From Alphaproteobacteria bacterium (lineage in GTDB: Bacteria > Pseudomonadota > Alphaproteobacteria > GCA-2746255), in assembly GCA_965249135.1 (NCBI GenBank), contig OZ252220.1:1472001-1536000 (forward strand): a stretch of 64,000 bases of DNA, written 5' to 3'. Below the pieces are notes generated by a model that had not been told where the DNA came from, did not search any database, and saw nothing but the letters and a program-made list of their open reading frames with translations. A program made the translations under genes and the position numbers. Positions 21,730-32,233 of this stretch are shown here, one piece after another; within the stretch, counting starts at the first letter, position 1; every line of letters begins with the position of its first letter.

Positions 21730-23325
21730 TTATGTCTTTTCTTCTTCGGCGGGTTTCGCATCTTCCGTCGTTTCATCGGCGGTCTCTTCCGATGGCGCTT
21801 CTTCTCCCTCGAACCAATGCGCGCGTACCGCCATGATGATGGTGTCGGCGTCGCTTGCCGAAAGTTTCGCATGGCCAACGATGTCACGAAGTTCGTCACT
21901 TGCGAGATCCGCAAGGTCGTCGAGGGTCTTCACATCCTTCTCGCCAAGCTGAACCAGTATGGCGGGGTTCAAACCTTCGAGCGCGGCCACCTCGTCCGTA
22001 ACGCCGAGCTCCTTGCGTTGCGTCGTCAACCGCTCGTTCTGACCCGTAATATAACTCCGGGCCCGGTCGCGGAGTTCCGTCGCAACGGCTTCGTCGAAGC
22101 CCTCGATAACGGCAAGGTCCTCGATCGGTACGAAGGCGACCTCCTCGACGGCCGAAAAGCCTTCCGTCACGAGCAAGTGGGCGATGACTTCGTCCACATC
22201 GAGTACTTCCGTAAACATTTGCGAACGCGTACGAAATTCCTCACTTCGCCGATCCGACTCTTCGGCCTCGGTTAGAATATCGATGTCCCAACCGGTCAAC
22301 TGGGAGGCAAGGCGCACGTTCTGCCCACGCCGCCCGATGGCAAGGCTTAGCTGATCGTCCGGAACGACGACTTCGATTCGCTGCTGTTCCTCATCCAGCA
22401 CGACCTTCGCCACTTCCGCAGGCGCCATCCCGTTTACGATGAAAGTCGCCGGATCCGGCGACCATGAAATGATGTCGATCTTCTCACCCTGAAGCTCGCT
22501 GACGACGGCTTGCACGCGGCTGCCGCGCATCCCCACACAGGCGCCGACGGGGTCGATCGCCGCATCGTTCGAAAGGACGGCAATTTTCGCACGGCTTCCC
22601 GGGTCACGGGCGACGGCCTTGATTTCGATGATGCCGTCATAGATTTCCGGCACCTCTTGCGCGAAAAGTTTCGCCATGAACTGCGGGTGGGTCCGTGACA
22701 GAAAAATCTGCGGGCCGCGCGGCTCCTGGCGAACGTCGTAGATATAGGCGCGCACCCGGTTGCCGTTGTGGAAGACTTCTCTCGGCAAGGTCTCGTCACG
22801 GCGCAAAAGAGCTTCCGCCCGGCCCAAATCCACGATCAGGTGATTGCCAAACTCGCTTCGTTTGACGATGCCGTTCACGATGTCGCCGACACGACCCTTG
22901 TATTCCTCGAATTGGCGCTCGCGTTCCGCCTCGCGGACTTTTTGGACGATGACCTGCTTTGCCGTTTGGGCGGCAATCCGTCCGAAATCGATCGGTGGCA
23001 AGGATTCCGTCAGAAATTCGCCAATTGCGGCGTCCGGTTTGTGCTTCTGCGCTTCTTCCAGCGTGAGCTGGGTGACTTCGTTTTCCACTTCTTCGACCAC
23101 TTCGAGAAAGCGCATGAGTTCAATCGCCCCGGTCGTGCGATCGATCATGGCGCGGATGTCGTGTTCATGGCCGTATTTCGAGCGGCCGGCCTTCTGGATG
23201 GCCTGCTCCATCGCCTCCAACACTTCATCGGGTTGGATGCCTTTGTCCCGAGCGACGCTTTCGGCCACTTGCAGGAGTTCCGGTCTCGGTTCCGTTACGG
23301 TTTCAAGTTCCATACCCTTGTCCAT
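21730..23325 (-). CDS. nusA: Transcription factor NusA
   Basis: FGRIAAQTAKQVI, ARDPGSRAKIAV, GACVGMRGSRVQ, LSLAIGRRGQNVRLA. Confidence 0.97.
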   Translation of the reverse strand: MDKGMELETVTEPRPELLQVAESVARDKGIQPDEVLEAMEQAIQKAGRSKYGHEHDIRAMIDRTTGAIELMRFLEVVEEVENEVTQLTLEEAQKHKPDAAIGEFLTESLPPIDFGRIAAQTAKQVIVQKVREAERERQFEEYKGRVGDIVNGIVKRSEFGNHLIVDLGRAEALLRRDETLPREVFHNGNRVRAYIYDVRQEPRGPQIFLSRTHPQFMAKLFAQEVPEIYDGIIEIKAVARDPGSRAKIAVLSNDAAIDPVGACVGMRGSRVQAVVSELQGEKIDIISWSPDPATFIVNGMAPAEVAKVVLDEEQQRIEVVVPDDQLSLAIGRRGQNVRLASQLTGWDIDILTEAEESDRRSEEFRTRSQMFTEVLDVDEVIAHLLVTEGFSAVEEVAFVPIEDLAVIEGFDEAVATELRDRARSYITGQNERLTTQRKELGVTDEVAALEGLNPAILVQLGEKDVKTLDDLADLASDELRDIVGHAKLSASDADTIIMAVRAHWFEGEEAPSEETADETTEDAKPAEEEKT

Positions 23326-23328
23326 GCC

Positions 23329-23826
23329 TTATGGTTTTGCGGTTTTTGCAATCAGTTCATCGGTAAGCACGAGTTTCGCGCGTTGGATATCGTCGAAATC
23401 AAACTCTAGTGTCTCACCATCCTGATCGAGCCGGATCGTATCGCCATCGATGCCAAGCAATTTCCCCCGAAACTTTCGCCGGCCATCGCAACCTTTCTTC
23501 GTTTCCACCTTCGCAACGTACCCGGAGAACCGGGAAAAATCTTCGCGCCGCACCAACGGCCGATCGATGCCGGGCGAGCTCACCTCCAGCTGATAGGGGC
23601 CCGCTATCGGATCCTCCACATCGAGAAGGGCCGAGACGGTCCGGCTTACCTCGGCACAATCCTCGACCGTGACGTCACCGCCGTCGCTGCGTTCCGTCAT
23701 CACCTGCAGGGTTGGCTTTCGCCCGCCGGTGAAAAGCACCCGCACGACCTCATAACCCATCGCCTCCAGGGAAGGCGAAATCATCTTCAGGATCGGTTCT
23801 TCCAACTTCGTTCTCGGCTCCTGCAT
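23329..23826 (-). CDS. rimP: Ribosome maturation factor RimP
   Basis: VTVEDCAEVSR, YQLEVSSPGIDRPL. Confidence 0.95.
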   Translation of the reverse strand: MQEPRTKLEEPILKMISPSLEAMGYEVVRVLFTGGRKPTLQVMTERSDGGDVTVEDCAEVSRTVSALLDVEDPIAGPYQLEVSSPGIDRPLVRREDFSRFSGYVAKVETKKGCDGRRKFRGKLLGIDGDTIRLDQDGETLEFDFDDIQRAKLVLTDELIAKTAKP

Positions 23827-23847
23827 CGGCTTCGTTTTGCCCGCGCC

Positions 23848-23880
23848 AAAAAATAAAAAGTGGGCCACCGGCCCACCCCT
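23848..23880 (-). promoter_or_regulatory. rimP leader attenuator hairpin
   Basis: Minus strand GTGGGCC-GGT-GGCCCAC then TTTTTATTTTTT, just upstream of rimP; matches the described terminator-like rimP leader. Confidence 0.75.
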
Positions 23881-23949
23881 TTGGTCGTCTGAAACATCTC
23901 TCAGGCTTAGGGAATTTTTCTTTAAAATATAGGGGATTGGAGGGTCCCA

Positions 23950-24681
23950 TCAACCCCTTTTCGCCGGTTTTTCGGCGCTCCGACGCCGCCGCCGGAACCG
24001 TAAATAAGCCACTTTTTTGCCTTCGCGTTCCGCTTTTGCCTCGTAGCGGGTGGCCGGCCAGTCGGCTGGGCGCTCGCGCCAGCCTTGTGGGTGCTCCACT
24101 TCCCAGACGAAGGCGGCGTGGCCTAGCAGATGGGAAAGCACCCATCGAAGATAGCCCACATCGTCGGTGGCCAGCTTCAGCTCCGCCCCGTCCTTCATGA
24201 CGCGGGCCAAGGCGTCCAGATTCTCCTGCGAGACGAAGCGCCGTTTGTGGTGGCGTTTCTTCGGCCAGGGGTCCGGAAAGAGAACAAAAACACGGCCCAG
24301 GCTCGCCGGCGGCAGCGCGGCCAGAAGCATCCGTGCGTCATCCGGAAAGATGCGGACGTTTCGCAAGTCGGCCGCTTCGATCCGGCTCAAGAGACGGGCG
24401 ATCCCGTTCACGAACGGCTCGCAGCCGAGAAACCCGATCCCGGCATGGGCGCCGGCCTGCCAGGCCAGATGCTCGCCGCCGCCAAACCCGATTTCGAACC
24501 AGACGTCGTCCGGCGTCTTTGGAAAGAGCGTCTTCGGATCGATCTCGATGTTTTCGTCGGGGAGCGGAATGGCAAGCCTCGGCAGCAGGCGTTCGAGCCG
24601 TGCCTGCTGACCCGCACGCAGGCGATGGCCGTGACGCCTGCCATAGAGGAGCCGTTTCTGCTGGGTTTGGCGCTCGGCCAT
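23950..24681 (-). CDS. trmB: tRNA (guanine-N7)-methyltransferase
   Basis: EIGFGGGEHL, GCEPFVNG, FPDPWPKKRHHKRR, ATD, TRYEAKA. Confidence 0.95.
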   Translation of the reverse strand: MAERQTQQKRLLYGRRHGHRLRAGQQARLERLLPRLAIPLPDENIEIDPKTLFPKTPDDVWFEIGFGGGEHLAWQAGAHAGIGFLGCEPFVNGIARLLSRIEAADLRNVRIFPDDARMLLAALPPASLGRVFVLFPDPWPKKRHHKRRFVSQENLDALARVMKDGAELKLATDDVGYLRWVLSHLLGHAAFVWEVEHPQGWRERPADWPATRYEAKAEREGKKVAYLRFRRRRRSAEKPAKRG

Positions 24682-24700
24682 CTCGAACGCAATCTTAAGG

Positions 24701-25870
24701 TTAGGGAAAAGCGGCGCGCAGTTCGTCGACGAGATCCAGACGCTCCCACGAGAAACCGCCATCCGCCTCCGGCTCCCGGCCGAAATGGCCGTAGGTGGCC
24801 GTGCGCTCGTAAATCGGGTGGTTGAGCTTTAAATGCTCGCGGATGCCACGCGGAGAAAGGTCCACCAGATCCCGCAGCACCTCGCAGAGGACCTCCTCAT
24901 CGGCAAGGCCAGTCCCGTGGGTATCGATGTAAACCGACAACGGCTTCGAGACGCCGATCGCATAGGCGAGTTGCATCGTGCAGCGATCGGCTAGCCCCGC
25001 CGCGACGACGTTCTTCGCCAGGTAGCGCGCTGCATAGGCCGCCGAACGGTCGACCTTCGTCGGGTCCTTACCGGAAAAGGCGCCCCCGCCATGGGGTGCG
25101 GCACCACCATAGGTGTCCACGATGATCTTGCGTCCGGTAACCCCCGCATCCCCGTGGGGACCGCCGGTCACGAAGCGGCCCGTCGGGTTCACATAGAACT
25201 CTTCTTCCTTGCACATCCAGCCTTCCGGCAGGGCCCGTTCGACATAGGGCCGGACGATCTCACGGACGGCGTCCTGTTCGAGGTCCGGCGCGTGTTGGGT
25301 CGAGACGACGATGGAGGTGGCGCGGATCGGGTGACCGTCCTGATATTCGAGGGTCACCTGGCTTTTTGAGTCCGGCCTCAGGCCCGGCGCGGTCCCGGCG
25401 TGACGGGCCTCGGCAAGCAAGCGCAGGATGCGATGGGCAAAGTGGATGGGGGCCGGCATCAGCACGTCGGTCTCCCGGCAGGCATAGCCGAACATGATGC
25501 CCTGGTCGCCGGCACCTTCGTCCCTGTTTCCCTTCGCATCGACGCCGGCGGCAATGTCTTCGGACTGGTTGTGAACGTAAACGTCGACTTCCGCTTCCTT
25601 CCAATGAAAGCTTTCGTGGTCGTAGCCGATGGCGCGAATCGTGTTGCGCGCGACGTCCTCGAGCACGGCATGGGTAAGCGATTCAGGCCCGCGAACTTCA
25701 CCGGCCAAAATAATCCGGTTCGTCGTCACCATTGTTTCGACGGCGACGCGTGCATAGGGGTCCGCGTTCAGGAAGGTATCGACGATGGCATCCGAGATCA
25801 GATCGCACACCTTGTCGGGATGGCCCTCCGACACCGACTCGCTGGTGAAGAAATATTTCCCCTTCCGCAC
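24701..25870 (-). CDS. metK: S-adenosylmethionine synthetase
   Basis: [55 protein letters not shown]. Confidence 0.98.
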   Translation of the reverse strand: MRKGKYFFTSESVSEGHPDKVCDLISDAIVDTFLNADPYARVAVETMVTTNRIILAGEVRGPESLTHAVLEDVARNTIRAIGYDHESFHWKEAEVDVYVHNQSEDIAAGVDAKGNRDEGAGDQGIMFGYACRETDVLMPAPIHFAHRILRLLAEARHAGTAPGLRPDSKSQVTLEYQDGHPIRATSIVVSTQHAPDLEQDAVREIVRPYVERALPEGWMCKEEEFYVNPTGRFVTGGPHGDAGVTGRKIIVDTYGGAAPHGGGAFSGKDPTKVDRSAAYAARYLAKNVVAAGLADRCTMQLAYAIGVSKPLSVYIDTHGTGLADEEVLCEVLRDLVDLSPRGIREHLKLNHPIYERTATYGHFGREPEADGGFSWERLDLVDELRAAFP

Positions 25871-26093
25871 GTGGATTGCCTCCCGATCCGAGGGTTACCC
25901 CACCTTATCCATCGCGGGGTCGGGTCCGTTGTTCCGGCAGAAATCGGGGGATGCCACCGGTTTCGATAAGGCGGTTTTGTGGCAGCCTTTCGATAGACCG
26001 TCAAGCGGCGATGGGGTTTAAGCTTTCGGGATGGAAAAGCAAGTCCTGTCGATGAACGTCGCGGTGACGGAAGTTAAACGCGATGGCAGGCCT

Positions 26094-26576
26094 TTAATCT
26101 TGTTCTTCGCTTTCCCCGTCGGCCAGCGACTTCGTCAGGTCGAGAATCCGCTTGCGCAGGACCAGTGACTTGATTCGGTAATAGGCGCGAACCAGCTGCA
26201 GCGTTTCACGCTTTGCCATCGGATCCCCTTCGAAAGGTGGCGGAACTTCCTCGCGAAGCCCGCCGACGCCCGCGAGACCGACGAACGGTGCGTTGCTCAT
26301 GTCGTCGAAGAAGAAGGAAACCGGCACGTCGAGCACCTGGCTTAATTCGTGCAGCCGGCTTGCGCCAATGCGGTTGGCGCCGCGCTCGTATTTTTGGACC
26401 TGCTGGAAGGTGAGGCCGATCGCCCGGGCCAGCTTTTCCTGGCTCATGCCAAGCAGCGTGCGACGCAGGCGCACCCGGCTTCCGACATGGATGTCGACGG
26501 GATTGGGTCCGTCGCCTTTCTGTCGACCGCGTTTGGGGGGTACGCCTTTTTTCTTTGCTGCTGCGAGCGCGCTCAT
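26094..26576 (-). CDS. XRE-family HTH transcriptional regulator
   Basis: PNPVDIHVGSRVRLRR...GLTFQQVQKYERGANRIGASRL; usual position between lnt and metK. Confidence 0.9.
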   Translation of the reverse strand: MSALAAAKKKGVPPKRGRQKGDGPNPVDIHVGSRVRLRRTLLGMSQEKLARAIGLTFQQVQKYERGANRIGASRLHELSQVLDVPVSFFFDDMSNAPFVGLAGVGGLREEVPPPFEGDPMAKRETLQLVRAYYRIKSLVLRKRILDLTKSLADGESEEQD

Positions 26577-26679
26577 CTAGCTCCCTGCCAACCCCGAAGA
26601 TTGCAGCCGACCGTAGCATACAACCGTATGATGTCAATTCGGCAGAACCTACAACCGTGTGAGGGTGAGCCGCGGCCGC

Positions 26680-28287
26680 TTAGGTCTTGGCGTACGGGCG
26701 GCGGATGCGCGCCGCCCCAAGCAGGACGAAGCCAGCAACCAGCAAGCCGAGCAGCGCACCATCCTGAAGCCGTGCATAGGGCGGCGGCTCAAGGGCAGCC
26801 GGCAATGGCCCATCCAGCACGCCCTCGACGCCGAGATCGAGCTTGGCACGCACCCGGCCATGCGCATCGACGATCGCCGAAATGCCGGTGTTCGCGGCCC
26901 GAACCAGGGGAAGCCCCTCCTCGACGGCACGAAAGCGGGCCGAGGCGAAATGCTGGTGGGGACCGGAGCTTTCCCCGAACCAGGCGTCGTTCGTCACATT
27001 GAGCAACCAGCGCGGCCGTTCCGTCAGATCCAGCGCCTTGCCCGGAAAAATGGCCTCGTAACAGATGAGCGGGCTCAGCGCCGGCACGCCAGGCAGCAAA
27101 AGCGTGCGCGGTCCGGGCCCGCGGTGGAAATCGCCGATGCCGGGCACGATCCTCGAGAGCGGGAGCCACCTCCGCAGGGGCATGTATTCCCCGAAGGGCA
27201 CGAGGTGAAACTTGTCATAGCCGCCGACGATTTCCCCCTTATCGTCAAGGGCGACCAAACCGTTCGAAGACATGGGTGCCCCACCCCTATCCGCCATCGT
27301 CAGGCGCGGCGCACCGGTCAGCAAAAGCCCCCTCACTGGCACCGCGGGGCGCATGCGGGCACGGCGCTCCGGATCGCCGGAGAGAACGTAAGGTGCTGCC
27401 ATCTCCGGCCAGATGACGACGCTTGCCTCCTCAAAGCCCGCGCCCATCGTCAGCGCCACGTGGCGTTCGAAATGCGCCTCGCGAAGGTCGGGCCGCCATT
27501 TGAGGGCCTGGGGAATGTTCGCCTGAACGAGCCGCAACCGAACGTCCGTCTCGTTTTGCGTCTCCGCCTGAACGAGCCGGACCGTGCCTGCGCCCCAAAG
27601 GAGAAGGAGAAGGCACGCCGTCAAAAGAAACGGCAAGACCCGGGAGGCGTTTTTTTCCTGGGCCAGCACCGTCGGCATCAAGGCCGCCAACACCATGACG
27701 AAGCTTAGGCCATAGCTGCCGATGACGGCCGCCGTCTGGATCATCGCGTCCGAGACGATCCAGCCATGCCCCATGAGCGTCCAGGGGAAACCCGTCAGGA
27801 GATGGCCGCGCAGCCATTCGAAGGCCATCCAAAGCAGCGCGAACAGAAAAGCGCCCCGCCAACCGCCGCTTCCGAAGAACCGGGCAAGCAGGCGAAGGGC
27901 GAGCACGGCACCGGCGGGAAACAGCGCGAGGTAGAAGGCCAAGCCTGGAATCGCAATCGGCACCAGCCAGGCGAAGCGGCCCGCGTCGACGAGAAAGGCA
28001 TTCGTAATCCAGTAAACGCCGACCAAGAAATGCCCGAACCCGAAGGCAAGGCCGAGAAAAAAGGCGGTTCGATGGTTGGGCGCGGCGCTGACGAGCCAAA
28101 AGAGCCCGGGGAAGGCAAGCAGGAGAAGGGGGAGTCCGTGCCAAGGCGGCATCGCGAACGCGGCAAGGGCGCCAAGCAGGAAGGCAAGCGCCCATCGCCG
28201 CCATCCGGCAAGGGCCTCGAAGGACCTTCGAAACCTCAAAGCCCTTGCAAAGAAACCGAATCCGGTCGCGGCGAGACCGTCACCCAT
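26680..28287 (-). CDS. lnt: Apolipoprotein N-acyltransferase
   Basis: EWLRG..LTGFPW, WPE, YDKFHLVPFGEY, ICYEAIF, NVTNDAWFG, RAANTGIS. Confidence 0.95.
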   Translation of the reverse strand: MGDGLAATGFGFFARALRFRRSFEALAGWRRWALAFLLGALAAFAMPPWHGLPLLLLAFPGLFWLVSAAPNHRTAFFLGLAFGFGHFLVGVYWITNAFLVDAGRFAWLVPIAIPGLAFYLALFPAGAVLALRLLARFFGSGGWRGAFLFALLWMAFEWLRGHLLTGFPWTLMGHGWIVSDAMIQTAAVIGSYGLSFVMVLAALMPTVLAQEKNASRVLPFLLTACLLLLLWGAGTVRLVQAETQNETDVRLRLVQANIPQALKWRPDLREAHFERHVALTMGAGFEEASVVIWPEMAAPYVLSGDPERRARMRPAVPVRGLLLTGAPRLTMADRGGAPMSSNGLVALDDKGEIVGGYDKFHLVPFGEYMPLRRWLPLSRIVPGIGDFHRGPGPRTLLLPGVPALSPLICYEAIFPGKALDLTERPRWLLNVTNDAWFGESSGPHQHFASARFRAVEEGLPLVRAANTGISAIVDAHGRVRAKLDLGVEGVLDGPLPAALEPPPYARLQDGALLGLLVAGFVLLGAARIRRPYAKT

Positions 28288-29203
28288 CCGCAGGTGAGGC
28301 CACGGGAATGTTGCGGGCGCGAAGGCGGCGAATGCGACGGGCGTCGGCCTCGAGGACCTCGAATTCCGCACCCGAAGGATGCCGAATGATTTCGCCCCGG
28401 GCAGGCACGCGTCCGGCAAGGTAGAAAACGAGGCCGCCCAAGGTGTCGATGTCTTCGTCCTTGTCGGTGAGCAGCTCCAACCCGGTGTGCGCCTCGAAGG
28501 CTTCAAGCCCGACCCGGGCATCCACCAGGAGCGAGCCGTCGTGCATGGAGACGATCATCGGTGGTGCCTCGATGTCGTGTTCGTCCTCGATTTCACCGAC
28601 GATTTCCTCGACAAGATCTTCGATGGTCACGAGTCCATCGACGCCGCCGTATTCATCGACGACCAACGCCATATGCGTACGCGTCGCACGCATCTGCAGC
28701 AAAAGATCGAGCACCCGCATCGTCGGAGCGACGAACAGCGCGCGGCGGCCGATTCGTGAAAGCTGGAATTTTTCCTCCGCGCCCCAGCAGGCCAGAATGT
28801 CCTTAATATGCACGATGCCAATCACATCGTCGAGCGAGCCACGATAGACCGGAAGTCTGGAATGCGCATTCCGGCTCATGATCTCCACCACTTCCTTGAG
28901 CGCTGCCTGCGCATCGACCGCAACGATATCGACACGCGGCACCATGATGTCGCTGATGGCGACATTGCGCAGTTCAAGGACGTTCTCGAGAAGGACGCGC
29001 TGATCCGGATCGATCGAGATTCCCGATTCGTCCCGATCCAGGATCAGATCTTCGATCGCCTCCTCAAAGGCGTCTTCCGTGGTTCGCGAACGCCGCCCGC
29101 GAAGGCGGTTCCACATCTCCCGGAACCAAGACCCCGTCTCCGCCGTTTCCGTTGCCGGTGTCTCCGTATCGATCGCTAGCCTTTCACGGGTCTGCGTCGT
29201 CAT
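28280..29203 (-). CDS. CBS-domain HlyC/CorC-family protein
   Basis: DIMVPRVDI, HSRLPVY, VVDEYGGVDGLVTIEDLVEEIVGEIEDEHD. Confidence 0.92.
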   Translation of the reverse strand: MTTQTRERLAIDTETPATETAETGSWFREMWNRLRGRRSRTTEDAFEEAIEDLILDRDESGISIDPDQRVLLENVLELRNVAISDIMVPRVDIVAVDAQAALKEVVEIMSRNAHSRLPVYRGSLDDVIGIVHIKDILACWGAEEKFQLSRIGRRALFVAPTMRVLDLLLQMRATRTHMALVVDEYGGVDGLVTIEDLVEEIVGEIEDEHDIEAPPMIVSMHDGSLLVDARVGLEAFEAHTGLELLTDKDEDIDTLGGLVFYLAGRVPARGEIIRHPSGAEFEVLEADARRIRRLRARNIPVASPADG

Positions 29204-29745
29204 CTCGCCTCCCCGGCAACGAAGGGGTGCACCTCGCCCGCGTAAGGATCCGCGATACCGAGCCGGGCAAGGATGTCGCGTTCGAGTCTTTCCATTTCGG
29301 CGGCAGCCGAGTCGTCCATGTGGTCATGGCCCAAAAGGTGCAGGACCCCGTGGACGACGAGATGGCTGAGATGATCCGAAAGGGTTTTTTCCTGGGTCTT
29401 CGCCTCGGCAGAAGCCGTCTCGAAGGCAATGACGACGTCGCCGAGCATGGCGGGGGATCCGCCTTCGTCGCCCCGGATTGGATCGCCTGCAAAGGAAAGG
29501 ACGTTCGTCGGCGCGTCCGTATCGCGGTAGTCGCGATTAAGCGCACGCATAGCTTCGTCATCCATCAGGGCAAGGCTGAGTTCGGCCGGCCCTTTCGGCA
29601 ACGCCATTTTCTCGAGGGCGGCGGCGGCAGCACGGCGCGCGACGGCTTTGACTTCCGGCAAGGCCTTCGACCACCGCCCATCGAGAACAGTGAGCGCAAT
29701 GTCAACCGAAGGAGAAGCGGTAGCATCAACCATTGCCTGGTTCAT
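29200..29745 (-). CDS. ybeY: rRNA maturation endoribonuclease YbeY
   Basis: LNRDYR..PTNVLSF, LGDVVI, HLVVHGVLHLLGHDH; start either 29745 or 29733. Confidence 0.95.
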   Translation of the reverse strand: MNQAMVDATASPSVDIALTVLDGRWSKALPEVKAVARRAAAAALEKMALPKGPAELSLALMDDEAMRALNRDYRDTDAPTNVLSFAGDPIRGDEGGSPAMLGDVVIAFETASAEAKTQEKTLSDHLSHLVVHGVLHLLGHDHMDDSAAAEMERLERDILARLGIADPYAGEVHPFVAGEAR

Positions 29746-30745
29746 TGTCCAAATCGGGAGCCATTGCATCACCCTGCTGATCACGGGCGTCATAGGCGCG
29801 AACGATGTCCGACACCAATGGATGACGAACGACGTCGGCATCCGAAAGTTCGACAACGCGCACGCCCTCGATGGCCGTCAGAATCTCGAGTGAATCGCGA
29901 AGACCGGAGCGAACGTCTTTCGGCAAATCCACCTGCGTCAAATCGCCCGTCACCGTCATGCGGGCATTCTCGCCAAGGCGCGTCAGCAGCATCTTCATCT
30001 GGACGGCGGTCGTATTCTGCGCTTCGTCCAGAATGACGAATGCGTTGGAAAGCGTGCGCCCGCGCATGAAGGCGAGCGGCGCGATTTCGATCTCGCCGCT
30101 GGCAAGCCGGCGGTTCACCTGATCGAGCGGCATCATGTCGTGGAGCGCCTCGTAGAGCGGCCGCAAATAGGGATCGATCTTCTCGCGCAAATCCCCCGGC
30201 AGGAAACCTAGGTGTTCGCCTGCCTCGACGGCGGGACGCGACAGGATGATCCGGTCGACCTGGCCCGTCATCAACATGGAAACCGCCATTGCCACGGCGA
30301 GGTAGGTCTTGCCGCTGCCGGCGGGACCAAGGGCAACGACGAGTTCGCTTTCCTGCAATGCCTGGATGTAATGGACCTGGCCGGCCGAGCGGGGCGAGAT
30401 CAGTCGCGTGCGCGTCGGGATGGCGTAGGTCTCGGGATCCAGCAACGTGCCTTCCATGCTCATGGTTAAGCGTAACGCCGCCTCCACCTCGCCGGCATCG
30501 ACATCCAGTCCCTTTTGCAACCGCCGATAGAGCGATTCGAGCGTCGCCCGCGCCATCCGAACGCGTTCCGGTGGGCCATCGATTGCCAAACGATTCCCAC
30601 GCGAGGTGACGGAGACGCCAAGCTTTTCTTCGATCCGCGTGAGATGTTCGTCCTGCTTCCCATAGAGATGGGGAAGAAGTCGGTTGTCGTCGAACTGAAG
30701 GTGGAGCGGAGCCTCGTGCTCCGTCGCCGTCGTATTCACGCGCAT
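29726..30745 (-). CDS. phoH: PhoH-family ATPase
   Basis: [42 protein letters not shown]. Confidence 0.94.
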   Translation of the reverse strand: MRVNTTATEHEAPLHLQFDDNRLLPHLYGKQDEHLTRIEEKLGVSVTSRGNRLAIDGPPERVRMARATLESLYRRLQKGLDVDAGEVEAALRLTMSMEGTLLDPETYAIPTRTRLISPRSAGQVHYIQALQESELVVALGPAGSGKTYLAVAMAVSMLMTGQVDRIILSRPAVEAGEHLGFLPGDLREKIDPYLRPLYEALHDMMPLDQVNRRLASGEIEIAPLAFMRGRTLSNAFVILDEAQNTTAVQMKMLLTRLGENARMTVTGDLTQVDLPKDVRSGLRDSLEILTAIEGVRVVELSDADVVRHPLVSDIVRAYDARDQQGDAMAPDLDNEPGNG

Positions 30746-32124
30746 GCTTGGCAAGCGTCTCCTTTATCTAGTGCCGCGGCGGAGGGCGGCGCGATCTCAC
30801 GACCAGCCAGGCTGTTTGCGTGTAGGGCCGTAATCTCGACGTCGGCGACATCGCCGATGGCGGCGGCAGGGGTTTCGACATGCACCGCTTGCAAATAAGG
30901 GCTCCGCCCCACCAGCTGGCCCGGGTAGCGGCCGGGTGATTCGAAGAGGATTTGGAGCCTCTGTCCAAGCATGCGTGCGTTCCAGGCGCGACTCTCGGCG
31001 GTGAGAAGGGCCTGAAGGGTTTCCAGGCGTTCGTCCTTTGCCGCGTCTGGCACCGGATCCTCCATCGTGGCGGCCGGCGTGCCGGGACGCGGGCTGAACT
31101 TGAAGGAAAAGGCCTGGGCGAAACGCACCTCGCGGACCAGCGCCAGGGTCGCTTCGAAGTCCGCCTCCGTCTCCCCCGGGAAGCCGACGATGAAGTCCGA
31201 GGAAAGGGCGATGTCCGGACGGTGGTGGCGAAGCCTGGCGACCAACTCGCGATAGGTATCCACCCGATGGCCACGATTCATGCGTTCCAGCACCGAATCG
31301 GATCCGGACTGAACGGGAAGGTGCAGGGAGGGCATCAGCTTCGGCTCCGTCCCGTGCAGCGCAAGCAGGTCTTCGTCCATGTCGCGGGGATGCGAAGTCG
31401 TGTAGCGGATCCGCAGCAACCTTTTGATCGCCGCCAAGGCATGGATAAGCTCGGCCAGCGTAGCGGCGCCTGCGCCTGTCGGGTGACGCGCGCGATAGGC
31501 GTTGACGTTCTGGCCCAAAAGGGTGATCTCGCGCGCACCTCCGTCGACCAACCGGTGGGCTTCTTCGAGAATGGCGGGAACGGGTCTCGAGAATTCCGCA
31601 CCGCGTGTATAGGGCACGACGCAGAAAGTGCAGAACTTGTCGCAGCCTTCCTGAATGGAAAGAAAGGCCGAGACCCGAGCATGGGTTGAGGTTTGCGGCA
31701 GACGATCGAATTTCGATTCGACCGGGAAATCCGTATCCAGCACGCCGCCGCCTACTCGCGTGGCACGCGCTACCATCTCCGGCAAGCGATGGTAAGTCTG
31801 AGGCCCAAAGACCAGATCGACGTAAGGGGCGCGGCGAAAAATTTCCGCGCCTTCGGCCTGGGCGACGCAGCCGGCAACGGCGAGGATCATTCGCCGACCC
31901 TTCGCCTCACGGCTGGTCTTCGCCTGGCGAAGCCGCCCCAGTTCCGAAAAAAGTTTCTCGGACGCTTTTTCGCGGATGTGACAGGTGTTCAAGATCACCA
32001 TGTCTGCGTCTTCGACCCCATCCGTCAGACGGTAGTCGAGTGGCGCCAGGACGTCCGCCATCCGTGCGGAGTCGTAGACGTTCATCTGACAGCCGTAAGT
32101 TTTGATGAAAAGCTTCTTCGCCAA
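30736..32124 (-). CDS. miaB: tRNA-2-methylthio-N6-dimethylallyladenosine synthase
   Basis: [20 protein letters not shown], radical-SAM [20 protein letters not shown] domain; start approximate (TTG). Confidence 0.96.
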   Translation of the reverse strand: MAKKLFIKTYGCQMNVYDSARMADVLAPLDYRLTDGVEDADMVILNTCHIREKASEKLFSELGRLRQAKTSREAKGRRMILAVAGCVAQAEGAEIFRRAPYVDLVFGPQTYHRLPEMVARATRVGGGVLDTDFPVESKFDRLPQTSTHARVSAFLSIQEGCDKFCTFCVVPYTRGAEFSRPVPAILEEAHRLVDGGAREITLLGQNVNAYRARHPTGAGAATLAELIHALAAIKRLLRIRYTTSHPRDMDEDLLALHGTEPKLMPSLHLPVQSGSDSVLERMNRGHRVDTYRELVARLRHHRPDIALSSDFIVGFPGETEADFEATLALVREVRFAQAFSFKFSPRPGTPAATMEDPVPDAAKDERLETLQALLTAESRAWNARMLGQRLQILFESPGRYPGQLVGRSPYLQAVHVETPAAAIGDVADVEITALHANSLAGREIAPPSAAALDKGDACQACA

Positions 32125-32233
32125 CCTGTCTACCCGGCTTGCAGGACCCTTCGTCCTCAAGCCCCCGACTTTCGGCATAGAATGGATAGGGGGAAGAATA
32201 GCCTAAAAAGCATTGGAATTGCGTTAAAAAGCG

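Noticed and set aside
25900-25974. SAM-I riboswitch call from the CTTATC/GATAAG helix
   Set aside because: The SAM-I core (AUCAAGAG, kink-turn, GCAACC) is absent; kept only as an unclassified structured leader.
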